From positions 67,766,001-67,830,000 of the forward strand of contig NC_043009.1 in assembly GCF_006345805.1 (NCBI RefSeq): 64,000 nt of DNA. The letters run 5' to 3'. The DNA is from Octopus sinensis (lineage: Eukaryota). A program made the translations under genes and the position numbers. A model generated the notes under the pieces. That model ran no database searches. It saw nothing but the letters and a program-made list of their open reading frames with translations, and was not told where the DNA came from. Below, in pieces: positions 51,779-64,000 of this stretch. Within the stretch, counting starts at the first letter, position 1. Each line of letters begins with the position of its first letter.

Positions 51779-52254
51779 GTGGTTATTTGATTATTGCTTG
51801 ATTTTATGTCTGAAGCATTTTTAATAGGGAATTTCTTATATGTTGTTCCTACATGTTCAATTTCGTAACTCCTATTAGCAAATGAAACACGTGTAACGGT
51901 GAATAAACATTGCCAAATAATTTTCCTGTCACCTGTTTTGGTATATATATCGCAATAAAATAAATACCAGCTGTCACAATTAAATTTGAAGTCATTCATC
52001 TCAAGTTTTCATGCGACTTCATCGGAATACTATTACAGAAATCACAAGATTCAAACTTGTCTCGAATAAGTTTAAATCTAATTGTGTCACTGATGTGCAT
52101 TTTATACTGTTATACATGCTCACTTGCATACATATACCTTTGTGCGCGTGTGCAGATATATGTGTGCGTGTATGTGTGTGTGCATATATATATATATATA
52201 AATGTGTCTACACATATATACATATACATGTGTATTCACACACATACGCGTACA

Positions 52255-52358
<104 letters not shown>

Positions 52359-53610
52359 TATATATACATATATATACATATATATACATACATACATACA
52401 AAAATGCATACATGCATACATACATACATGCATATATACATACACGCATACATACATGCATACATACATACATACATTCATGCATATATGCTTACATACA
52501 TTCATGCATACATACATACATACATTCATGCATACATACATACATACATACATACATACATACGATGCATGCATACATACATACATACATACATACATTC
52601 ATACATACATGCATGCATGCATACATACATACATGCATGCATGCATACATACATACATAAATACATACACACATACATACATACATACATACATACATAC
52701 ATACATACATACATACATACATACATACATACATACATACATACATACATACATACGTTCGTGTTCCTTATGTAAGCACGTCTTACCAAGCTTATTCAGT
52801 GAAGTATGTTTTTCCGAAACTTGTCAGTCTGTGACAAGTTTGATTGAGGATACTCAGAGAAAAGCTAAGATTCTCCAGAAACCAAAGTTTTAATACCGAT
52901 TCCAAGCTACTTGACTTATCAATTAATTCCTGTATATCCCTATGGTATTTTAGGTGTTTGGTGGTGGGGTTTGTGCTATTAACAGAAAGACCAAACAAAA
53001 GATATGAAATCTAAAAGGAAATTATCTACATAAGAGAGATGCTGCCATTGTTTCTAGAATCAATAAGCTCGTGTCCGCTGTCTCATTTTGGTGAACGCAA
53101 CGAGAATCTTCGCGTTTGAAATAAATAATGAAATCAACGTTATTGTTGCAACTATCAAGGATAATGGATGCGAAAGAAGCTGGTATTGTGTAGTGAATCG
53201 GGCTTAAAGACGTTTCTTCCATATATTTCAAAATATACAAGTGGGGCAGAAAATAAACAGGAAATGCTGCAGGATCTGTGATTTTGTGTATGGGGGTGGG
53301 GGTGGGGGGTTGAGCGGGGGGGGTTGAGCGGGGCGGGGGGGCGGGGGTAATTGCAATTGTTGAACTAAACATAATGAACATACGAAGAGAAGATGAGATC
53401 GTTTGGAAAGGAGTTGGTTTCTCATTCTAATGATATTATCAATAGATTTCTAATGAATCAATGGATTTTCTTACGGAACACTGTCGGTGTAGACATGTCT
53501 CACTCAAATAAACGAACAAGCTATACACACTGCATGTGCACACGCACACACACGCACACGCATACACGAGTATATTCACACATACACGCACGTGTTTGTG
53601 TGTGTGTGTA

Positions 53611-53654
<44 letters not shown>

Positions 53655-55372
53655 TGTGTATGTATATATGTGTGTGTGTGCAAGCAAACATCCTCATTTC
53701 AGAAACACACATTATGGAGTCTGTGTGCTTTCGCTCAAAATGAAACAAGTTTCTCTCAAACAACACACTACGATCTTAAATAAGGGACACATTAAATAAT
53801 ATAGGCCCACACATGGTCCCTGGAAAAACGATTAAGGCTCTGTCTGGAACGGGTTTGATGTTCTCGGTCTTGGTTGTGAAGTTAAAGAACAACATCCAGA
53901 ACAATAACAAAATAATTCCATCATAATAATTTACAAGCTGTATCATGATGATGATTTCGAAAAAGAATAAAATAGTGCTGCACGGGATTAGCACTGATGG
54001 AAATTTTTAAGAACTTCGAAATAAGTAAACAAAAACATTAAATATGTGGATTTTATACACCTTTTTCCTTATAATTTCTTAATTTCAAATTCAAATTTCT
54101 AATCCCACCAAATATGATGAAGAAAACATCTTCCTTGTCATAACTTCGTCCAGTGGGGAAGATACGTATGCTTTATTCAACATTATTATTATTAAGAACA
54201 AATCCTATTTTAAGATGCTTTAGTCGATTGGAAGCTGAAATCCCTAATAGCAATACTAATAATATATTGGATCAAATTCAGTATGTTGCTAGTCTTTGTT
54301 TTCTCCAGTATTCCGACGCTCCAACTCTGTAAGAACAGTGAAACATCCGCTCCATCTTTTTTCTTAGAGATGGCTATCGGTAACTTAACATTGATAATGT
54401 TATTGAATAAATTTGATATCAAAATGGAAGTATGCAAATGAGATTAATTGAAATAAAACCATTAAGAATATCAATCTCATAAATTATGCAAGCTCACTCA
54501 GTTAACCGTCATTTATAATTATTGTTTTTGCCTTCTTGTCTGAAGAGAGAGGTTGAGGGAGAGAGAGAGGAGGGAGGGAGTTAAAGAGAGATAATGAGAT
54601 CATTACCTATTATTGCTATGAGGCAACACTTGATTCAGATAATTATAATTAATTGCTGACTTTAAATGATGCACTTCAGGCGGTACCTTTTTGTTGAGAC
54701 ATCCCGAGTGAAGTAATTTCGTTTAATTTATGTTACAGTTTTTAACCTTGGCAAGGGTCACACAGTTTTAGAAAGGTTCCTATTCTTCTGCACTCCAAGA
54801 TTAATATCAATGACACTCGCTTGGAGTCCTGCTGTTTAATTGAGTTGGCAATATTAGTGAATGACACCTAATTAAAGGGTGGTGAACTAATAATACTTAA
54901 GAGTTAATTGGGTCGCTAATAGGCACATCATTAAAATCCAGCAGGCGAGGGCCTTATGCTTTCGGCCTGCTGCTGCTGCTACTGGGGTTATTTTCTCAAG
55001 CTAAACTGAATTGAAGTAAAACTGAATGTAACGTTTAGTTGGACGTCATTTTCAGTTGTAAAAATTGTGATTTTTAAAATGCTGCCACGGCTTCATTGTG
55101 AATTTGTAGAAGTGTCCACGATTCTACGTGTTTAAATTCAATTGGTTCTTTTGAAGGGTGATAACTTGAAATGTAGTTTATGATTGACAGACACTCTATC
55201 AAAATTTCCGGCGGTGATACAAAATTAAGAGCACCGAATGTGACTCATTTGGAACGGTTGAATAAGGCGTTGAGCCGGCAGAATCGCTAACATGTCGGAA
55301 AAAATACTTATCAATTACACAAATCACCCATTGTCTAAAATGTGTAGTTTTAAACGATAGGATGATTCTTAC

Positions 55373-55429
55373 CTTCACATGGTACCTGTTTACAGTTAGC
55401 TGGACGGCAGTTGTATGTATGAGTTGTAA
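55373..55429 (-). other. Candidate 57-nt exon of an unidentified gene
   Basis: Acceptor catcaacattttcag, donor AAG|gtaaga; the phase 1-1 frame reads TTHTYNCRPANCKQVPCE, and the phase 0 frame is also open. Confidence 0.3.
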
Positions 55430-57002
55430 CTGAAAATGTTGATGAGACATGAACAGTAGATATTTTATACCCTATTTCTCTTTCTTCTCTCTAAGTACAA
55501 TCACTCTGTATCAGATTTTGGGATGAAAAATTCATACCCATGAGCTTCATACAAATTCTATGTAGTAGGTTTGCTGCCCAGGCTGACAGTCATAGATTTG
55601 ACTGAAGGGAGAGCACACAACACAGGAGAAACAATTGGTCAGAACAGTCGACAGCTCCTTGATCTAACACTGAACAAAGTATCATGAGTTAGGTTTCATA
55701 CATAAATGTTCTTATGTGTGTATGTATGTTATATTTATGACGGTGCGTTGTGTGTGTAGGAGTATGTGAATCATACGAGATTTTTGCTCGCTTTTATGAG
55801 TATATATGAGTGTGTTGATGCTTATATTCACAATTGTATCAGCTACCCAAGTCTTCCATTGCATATTGTACCAATGTCTGTAGATAAGAATTCACTTCAG
55901 TATGAGGGCAAATCTCATATTAAATTTCATTAAACGAAAGACAGCATAAACGAATTTGTTCAATTTCCGTTTTTCCTTTTCCATTTGTTTTTCTTGTCAT
56001 GAATGCACTGCAATGGCCACACAGAAAAGTTAATCGACTTTGTTTCATTGGAGACCCCGTTTATAATTTAAATGTCTCTTAATATCGTTGCACATCGAAA
56101 TCCATCAATGATTATGAGCTTAGAAGTTAACACTGAATTAGATGCATATCGTGAATTATGTACGCACAGAGCTGGCTTTCTTGTCGGCGTTTGATGTCAT
56201 ATTTACATTAGTTGTACAGCTAATTGACAAACCATACTACAGACATTTCTCTTTGTTAGTATTTTTCTTTTATTTTCTGATTGATACAAAGATAACTGTT
56301 CTTTTATTATTTCATTCTCATTGTTTGTAATCTGTCCTTTGTTTTCCCGACTACTAATTATCATATACATTCAATAACACCGATGCTCAGTCTTTCTTCT
56401 CCATAAATGACTTTGAACATAATTATTCCGATTTGTTTTCTGTTCTAATGTGGGGCTTTTTTCGTTTTTTTACTATCATATCATTTCGCATAAGAAGATA
56501 ATATCATGATGACATTCAAAAAAAAGCAGTCGTTAAAGCAGACGTTAAATCAGACGTTACGGCAGACGTTTGCGTTACTTGTTATATACTTTGATACTCA
56601 GTATCAAGCGAATTAACATGGCAGGCATAGAGTTTCCTTTTATCAGCAGAGTAATCTTTACTGTCCATCACTAGATTATCATGCTTTCACTAGATAGATT
56701 ATCTTCTGCCTCAACATTTTTAAACCATATATTTATTCATAGGGATCATATATTAACGTTTGTGATTATTGCTAGCAAATTATCTAGATTTTGATGGCAC
56801 CACACTGGTAATTTAAGCCATATCTGAACGACAAGTATAGTATGTTCATGACATGTATGCAAATTCTGGCAAAATACGGTAGCCATGCTTCTCATGAACT
56901 TGCAACATTTATCAATGTTAAATCAGTTTAGTTTCCATTATTTCCTAGACGGTTTTATAGAACGGGTCTTCTAGTGTTATCTGATAAAGTATCAGTGATA
57001 TA

Positions 57003-57038
<36 letters not shown>

Positions 57039-57382
57039 TGTATGTATGTATGTATGTATGTATGTATGTATGTATGTATATGTATATGTATATAGATATG
57101 CATATATATGAATGTATATAGAAATATACATATATATATATATTTATATATTCTTTTGTCTTTTATTTGTTGCAGCTACTAGACTGCAGCCCATGCTGGG
57201 GCACTGCCTTGAAGAATTTTTAATCAAAGGAATCGACCCCAGTACTTATTTCTTTTTAAAACTTGGTACTGATTCTGTCAACCACTTTTGCCTAACCGCT
57301 AAGTTACGGGGTTATAAACGCACTGCCACCGGTTGTCAAGCTGTAGTGAGGGGCAAACATTGATACAAAGACTCATACACAG

Positions 57383-57423
<41 letters not shown>

Positions 57424-57601
57424 TATATATATATGGGGGAATCTACCCCCACGATCCTCCCGGGAACAGTGGGCCGAGAAGATGGATGGATGGAGGTTTT
57501 TCTATCTATTTCATCAAGAACAAAATTATTATGACTCTTCTTACTCTCTGTCTCCCTCCCCCTCTCTCCCCCTCTCTCCCCCTCTCTCCCCCTCTCTCTC
57601 C

Positions 57602-57635
<34 letters not shown>

Positions 57636-58099
57636 TCCTCTTCATGCTTAGATGCCTAGTAGTCTCTATCCACCCTGAATACTTCTGTTCTCTTTGCTCA
57701 TACAAACGCTTGCCAGTAATTGAACGTTTATTGAGTAATCCATTGATAGACCAATCCTTTCTTTAACCAAACTTGATTGCCAACATGCATGTATCCAAGC
57801 CTTTTCTTTACTGTAAGACATTCTGACATATTCTAAATTGAAAGAAACTTGCCTTCTCTGACAAGTGTTATTTTAATAAACATCTGCTAACTTTGTTTAG
57901 CTCGTAGCTTTTATGCTTCTTGGGCCTATCAATTTTAACAGTCTCAAGTGTAACTGGCCGAAACTGTAGTGATAATTGGAAGCTTGACTGATGAATAGAA
58001 AGCTACGAATGTTCCACCCTGGTTATCCTGTCCGTCATTGTATCGTCCATCTGTCCGTATGTTTTCATTGTCGTCCGTTAAGTTTCGTTTTTTGGGATT

Positions 58100-58451
<352 letters not shown>

Positions 58452-58543
58452 GTATGTATGTATGTATGTATGTATGTGATGTATGTGTATATATATATAT
58501 ATGTTTGTGTATATCTATATCTATATATATATATATGTATATA

Positions 58544-58588
<45 letters not shown>

Positions 58589-58900
58589 AGAGAGAGAGAG
58601 AGACTGTGTGGTACTAATTTTGATTTACAGTCACATCGTTCCGGGTTCAGTCACACTGTGTGGCATCTTGCGCAAGTGTCTTCTACTAGAGCCGTGTGTG
58701 TGTATTTGGTAGTTGAAAACTGAAGAAACCCGTCGTATGCATGTGTGTGTCTATATGTATGTATCTATGTACGTATATGCAAATATATATACCTATATAA
58801 ATGCATATAAATATGTATGTATGTATGCATCTATGAATATATCTATGTATGTATACGCATATATATATATATATATATACGCACAGAGTTTTGTGATAGA

Positions 58901-58934
<34 letters not shown>

Positions 58935-58939
58935 CAAAC

Positions 58940-59023
<84 letters not shown>

Positions 59024-59087
59024 GGATAAATAGAGAGACAGACAGACAGACAGGCAGGCAGGTAGGCAGACAGACAGACAGACAGAC

Positions 59088-59184
<97 letters not shown>

Positions 59185-59896
59185 CTTTAATGTCAAACAA
59201 CATTCTTAATGGAGATGCACTTGTTACAGACGGAGTAAATCTCATGAATCTGTTTCTTCGAATTGATATCGATAATACCCGTCGAACATTCTTTAGTTAA
59301 TCGATATTAATCCAATCCAATTAAACCAAAAAAATGTTCGAATATAAAACTAATCGGATCGAATAACGGAATACTATAATCGTTCCTTATTAAATCATTT
59401 CTTGACTTTATCTAATTTTTCCAGTTTTTTTTTTCTGAAATGAGAGATAGTATTGAACATCGCTGGCCATCAGTTGGTTTCCCAGAAAATGAATATGTGC
59501 TTACGTTTCGATTTAATACATTGGAAATATTTACATTCACTTATCTTACTAATTGATTTCGGAAAGACTTGGAATTGACGACGGAACTGAATATCGATGT
59601 CAACATTTTCAAGGCAAAACCATCGCTCGTTAATAGTATAACGTGATTAAAATGGGTGCCAATTTAATCATGATATACTATTTTGAAGAGAGAAACGTCG
59701 ATGCTCTTTAGTATAGAGTATATCTAACATGCTCGGTATACGTCACTGATTAAGCATAGTGTCGCAGAAATGCATGCCATCATGGCCAAGTGATGTGTTT
59801 ATAACTATACTGTCTATATGTAAATTTCTTCTCTCGAGATAACTTGCGCGGTGGATTGTCTTTCCATGTAGAAATACACACAAACGGATGAAATAT

Positions 59897-59938
<42 letters not shown>

Positions 59939-60459
59939 AGAGAAGATTCGGAATGACGCCTCACTACATCACTCTCCAAATATATCTGGAATCTAAAAGA
60001 TAGTAATATTAAAATTGTAAGATCGGCCGGCCCATTATAGTGTACGCATTTCTCTGCGTGAATGCTCCCAGAAGATGCTAACTACATTACTAACGCGTAC
60101 AGTATTCTCTTGCAACTTCCTGCATTATTGATCAAAAGATCTGAATCGGTAAATTCTTACAGAAACTTCTATAAATTATTTATTCATGGATTTCAACAAT
60201 AAAGTCTCTGACAAATTATTCCCTACACATTGGCTTTACCATATTCTAAACTATAAGTTCAAATTTCAAAAATATTCTGATATTTATGAACAGTAAGTCT
60301 TCTTTAACAAGAATTACTTCTGATATATCGAATAATCTTCCTCGTGTATTTTTTGTACACAGTACAAAAAAGATTTCAATTTCCAAGCGTTTTCACAAAC
60401 ACTGATACATAGGTGAAATGTGTCCCAGTTTCCAGCAAATTGAATCACGATATACTATT

Positions 60460-61101
60460 CTTTTCTACTCTAGGCAAAAGGCCCAAAGTTTTTTGGGGGG
60501 AGGGGGTCATTCGATTAGATCGACCCCAGTACGCAACTGGTACTTAATTTATCGATCACGAAAGGCTGAAAGCAAAGTCGACAACGGTGGAATTTGAACT
60601 CAGAACGTAAAGATAGACGAAATACCGCTAAGTATTTCGCCCGGCGTGCTAACGTTTCTGCCAGCTCGCGGCCTTATTATTTCTTATTATTTTATTGCTC
60701 ACAAAGCGCTAAACACAGAGGGGACAAACAAGGACAGACAAACGTATTAAGTCGATTACATCGACCTCAGTGTGTAACTGGTACTTAATTTATCGACCCC
60801 GAAAGGATGAAAGGCAAAGTCGGTCCCGGCGGAATTTGAACTCAGAACGTATCGGTAGACGAAATACCTATTTCTTTACTACCCACAAGGGGCTAAACAC
60901 AGAGAGGACAAATAAGGACAGACAAACGGATTAAGTCGATTATATCGACCCCAGTGTGTAACTGGTACTTATTTAATCAATCCCGAAAGGATGAAAAGCA
61001 AAGTCCACCTCGATGGAATTTGAACTCAGAACGTAGCGGCAGACGAAATACGGCTACGCATTTCGCCCGGCGCGCTAACGTTTCTGCCAGCTCGCCGCCT
61101 T
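60460..61101 (-). mobile_element. SINE family B head-to-tail trimer with 17-bp TSD
   Basis: Three core units (gaatttgaactcagaacgt at about 60591, 60832 and 61016), flanked by AATCACGATATACTATT (60443-60459) and AATCACGATACACTATT (61102-61118). Confidence 0.9.
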
Positions 61102-61597
61102 AATCACGATACACTATTGACGAGCGATATCGCAATCTGTTTCCAAATATTTTGGCTGGATTATAGTTAATCTTCCATCAAGTTTTAATTGTCAAACAAT
61201 AGAAACTGTACCAATGCTTGCTTCTCTATACACTTGTGAATGGATTTTCCTGCTTATCTGCAAGTATATATAAAATCACTGATTATCCAACTCGATTAAA
61301 TATATCGGCGAATCTGTGCACAATGCTATTAATCACTGCAATGCTTCGTCTGCAAACGTGCTCAATTATAATATCGGAATTCTTATTTACAAATATCCGT
61401 CGTGGATATTTCTGTATCTCGTCCATAGATAAGGTGACATATGGTGTAGCACAGGGAAAAGGTTACGATAGAATAATTAACGGAATTGATTAGCAAAATC
61501 TATCAGGGATTGACTAAACAATTCAGGAGTACAATATTCGTAATAACAGGAGAGTATTGTAATTCGCTTGAAGCATTTTGTATTGTTTGTAAAGAAT

Positions 61598-61835
61598 AAA
61601 AAAGTTTTGAATGGTACAACAATGCATTATAATACAAACAATGGGCTATATACCTGTTATAATTTAATCATCCATAGTCTGATAATATTTCGGAATAAAA
61701 TTCCTTCTTCAGATATTCTTAGATGGAGTCGCTGCTGATGAAAGAATTTTATTCTGAAATATTATCAGACTATGGATGACTAAATTACATCATTGTTTGA
61801 ATACTAGTGCATTTTTGTACCATTCAAAATTTTTT
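61598..61835. mobile_element. Foldback Penelope-like remnant with a hammerhead-like core in each arm
   Basis: Inner arms 61660-61712 and 61735-61787 (53 bp, 4 mismatches), outer arms about 61598-61643 and 61791-61835. Cores CUGAUGA-A-AGAAU-UUU-AUUCU-GAAA (+) and CUGAAGA-A-GGAAU-UUU-AUUCC-GAAA (-). Confidence 0.75.
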
Positions 61836-64000
61836 AAGTGTTTAGAGCTTTCATTTGCATGATCAATCGTCGAAAGATTCCCAAAATAAGTACTAAATTT
61901 AACAAAGAAATCCATTTTGCCTTATTTTTAATCGCTCAAATAGTGACATGTACAAAAGGCAAGTGTGCTTTCCATTGTCACTGCCAGATATTTATGATTG
62001 TTCTTTCAAAATATTTTCTTTCGCAACTTACTCAAGATCTTTTGTTTTTTATAAATAAATGGGAGAGAGACAGATAGAGAGAGATATATAGTAAGAGAAC
62101 GCGAGGGAGAGTCCGAGAGAAAGGAAGAGTAAGAGAGTGGGAAAGTGAGAGAGAAAGGAGAGAGAAACAAAGAGGGAAAATGCGATGATAAAAAACAGAA
62201 AGGAAGCAACAGAAAGTAACAACCACACCCTCACCCGCGCGTAGAGCGAGTCACCTTAAGCTAGTTCAATATATAAAGTGATTTGTGCTTATTTGAAAGG
62301 ATGTGTCCGTTGTGGCTTCTTGAATCTTAACTATGAGTTTTATTCGTGTACTTGTTCACACAATCAAAGAAGGGTAAAAACATGATAATATCCTTTTTAC
62401 TCTAGGAATAGACCTGAAATTTGAGGGGAGGGGGACTAGTCGTTTATATCCTCCTCCAGTGCTCGACGTAGTTTTTCGAGATAAATATACAAGCAAATAT
62501 ATTTAGAAACACGTCATGATATGACTGTTTAACAGCACTGGACCCTTTATTTGTTCCCAGGAACAAAAACAAATAAGGAGTCCTATGTGGGTGTGTAGAG
62601 AGCCTACTGATTAATAAGGTGCTTAAATTCCGGCTTTTTTTTAAAAATAAATGATGGAGTGTTCGGGAAAGTGGGAAGTGGATGAGTTCTACAGGAGGAG
62701 TCGGAAGTGCCTTAAGTCGGGGTGTTAGAGAAGTAACGTGATAGAATTGTTGATGAGGTGGGGGAAGAAAAAGCTGTTGGTGGTGGAGCGGACAAGGAAT
62801 AAAGGGCAGAAATGCTGTCGACATCGTTTGCTCAAATGCTTGCAGCCTCGATTACTGCTCGGTGAAACCCACGCCGTATAAAGTGATGGACGATACATTA
62901 AACACTGAGTTGCTTTTGTTATTGATATTGTTGTTGTTGTTGTTGTTGTTGTAGCTCTGTTTACTTGTTTAGCCCCAGTTCGAGTGACCACGTAGTGCAC
63001 TCCTCCCTCATTAACACGTGAAATCAAATTTAATGTCTGTCCCGTGTGGTCCAACTTCTTTCGTTACCCCCCACCTACCCACCCAACCAGTTCCAGCAGA
63101 CAACACCTTGGCTCGTCCCCAACCTCATCAACGATCGAACCTGCTGCCAACATTCGCTGTATTATGCACATTTTGTTTTTTCCTCACTGCTTTTGGTCTT
63201 CTGGCAAGTTGTATGGCGTGTCTCTGTCCATACAAGTTTCCATGTATAAGAATTAAAAGGTGGGAAAGAGAGAGAGAGGGGGAGTGGGATGAGGCAGAGA
63301 AACAGAAAAGGATAGAAAAATCGAAAAGAGTGGAAAGACAGAGACAGAGAGAAGAATAGAAAGAGTTAGAGAGAGAGAGAGAGGGTGGGAGGGAGAGAGA
63401 GAGAACGGAGAAAGAATGAGATTTGTGTGAAATAGTTAACAAAGCGGTGCTGTTCCTATTGGCATGAGTCTCTTTTTGGAAATTGTTCTTTCTCAGACAA
63501 TTTCCGGTAGAATTAAACTAATTCATTCACACGCACATAAATCATCTCCTACTCTTACACCTCTTTCTCTTTTTCCTTCTTTTCCTTCTCCTTCTCCTTC
63601 TTCTTCTTCTTTTTTTTCCTTGTCTTTTTCTTTCTGATGAGGATGTTTTTGTTGTTCTTGTTGATTTTCTTTTTGTTCTTATTCTTGTTTATTATTTTTC
63701 TTCTTATACTTCTGGCTCTCATGATTTTTGTTCCATTTCCTTCTTCTTCTTCTTTTTCTTATTCTTATTCTTCTTATTTTTCTTCTTCTTCTTCTTCTTG
63801 ATGTTGTCGCTGATGTCAGAATCAATGTGCTGATTTGATCAAACGCAGTGTGCACTCCGTTTAGCTTGGCCTTCATTACAAAGGGCCGCTATTCAGTTTC
63901 CTTACTAAGTTCTATAATGCATTTATTTCCCTTCGTCTCAAAATCAATGCAGTTTGGGGTTTGGGAGAATTAAAGGTCAACAAACAAGAATAGATCAATA

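Noticed and set aside
57985-58015. CUGAUGA-AUAG-AAAG-CUAC-GAAU-GUU, hammerhead-like
   Set aside because: A-C mismatch at the stem base, GAAU instead of GAAA, and no stem I; too degenerate to call.

Overview
AT-rich eukaryotic non-coding DNA, dominated by microsatellites, tRNA-derived SINEs and other transposon remnants. The SINE families and repeat landscape suggest a cephalopod (Octopus-like) genome; this is an inference, not a database result. I cannot identify any protein-coding gene. Nearly all listed ORFs are microsatellite or antisense artefacts, and only a few isolated candidate small exons have good splice sites. Recognisable mobile elements include two SINE families (with TSD-flanked dimer and trimer copies), a complete non-autonomous Helitron, mariner, Tigger and hAT MITEs, 3' ends of Hero/NeSL-like and R4/Dong-like LINEs, and several foldback elements. 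The most striking unexplained signal is a set of at least six unrelated short repeat families, most abutting (AT)n tracts. Each carries a minimal type-I hammerhead-ribozyme-like core (CUGANGA[+1 nt]-stem II-GAAA-short, often palindromic stem III-NUH), as known for Penelope-like elements. One has a fully canonical core (minus strand, 15101-15190, GUC site). One foldback (61598-61835) has arms that differ by a compensatory base-pair swap in stem II. Ribozyme activity and novelty were not tested. Repeat boundaries are approximate unless stated otherwise.
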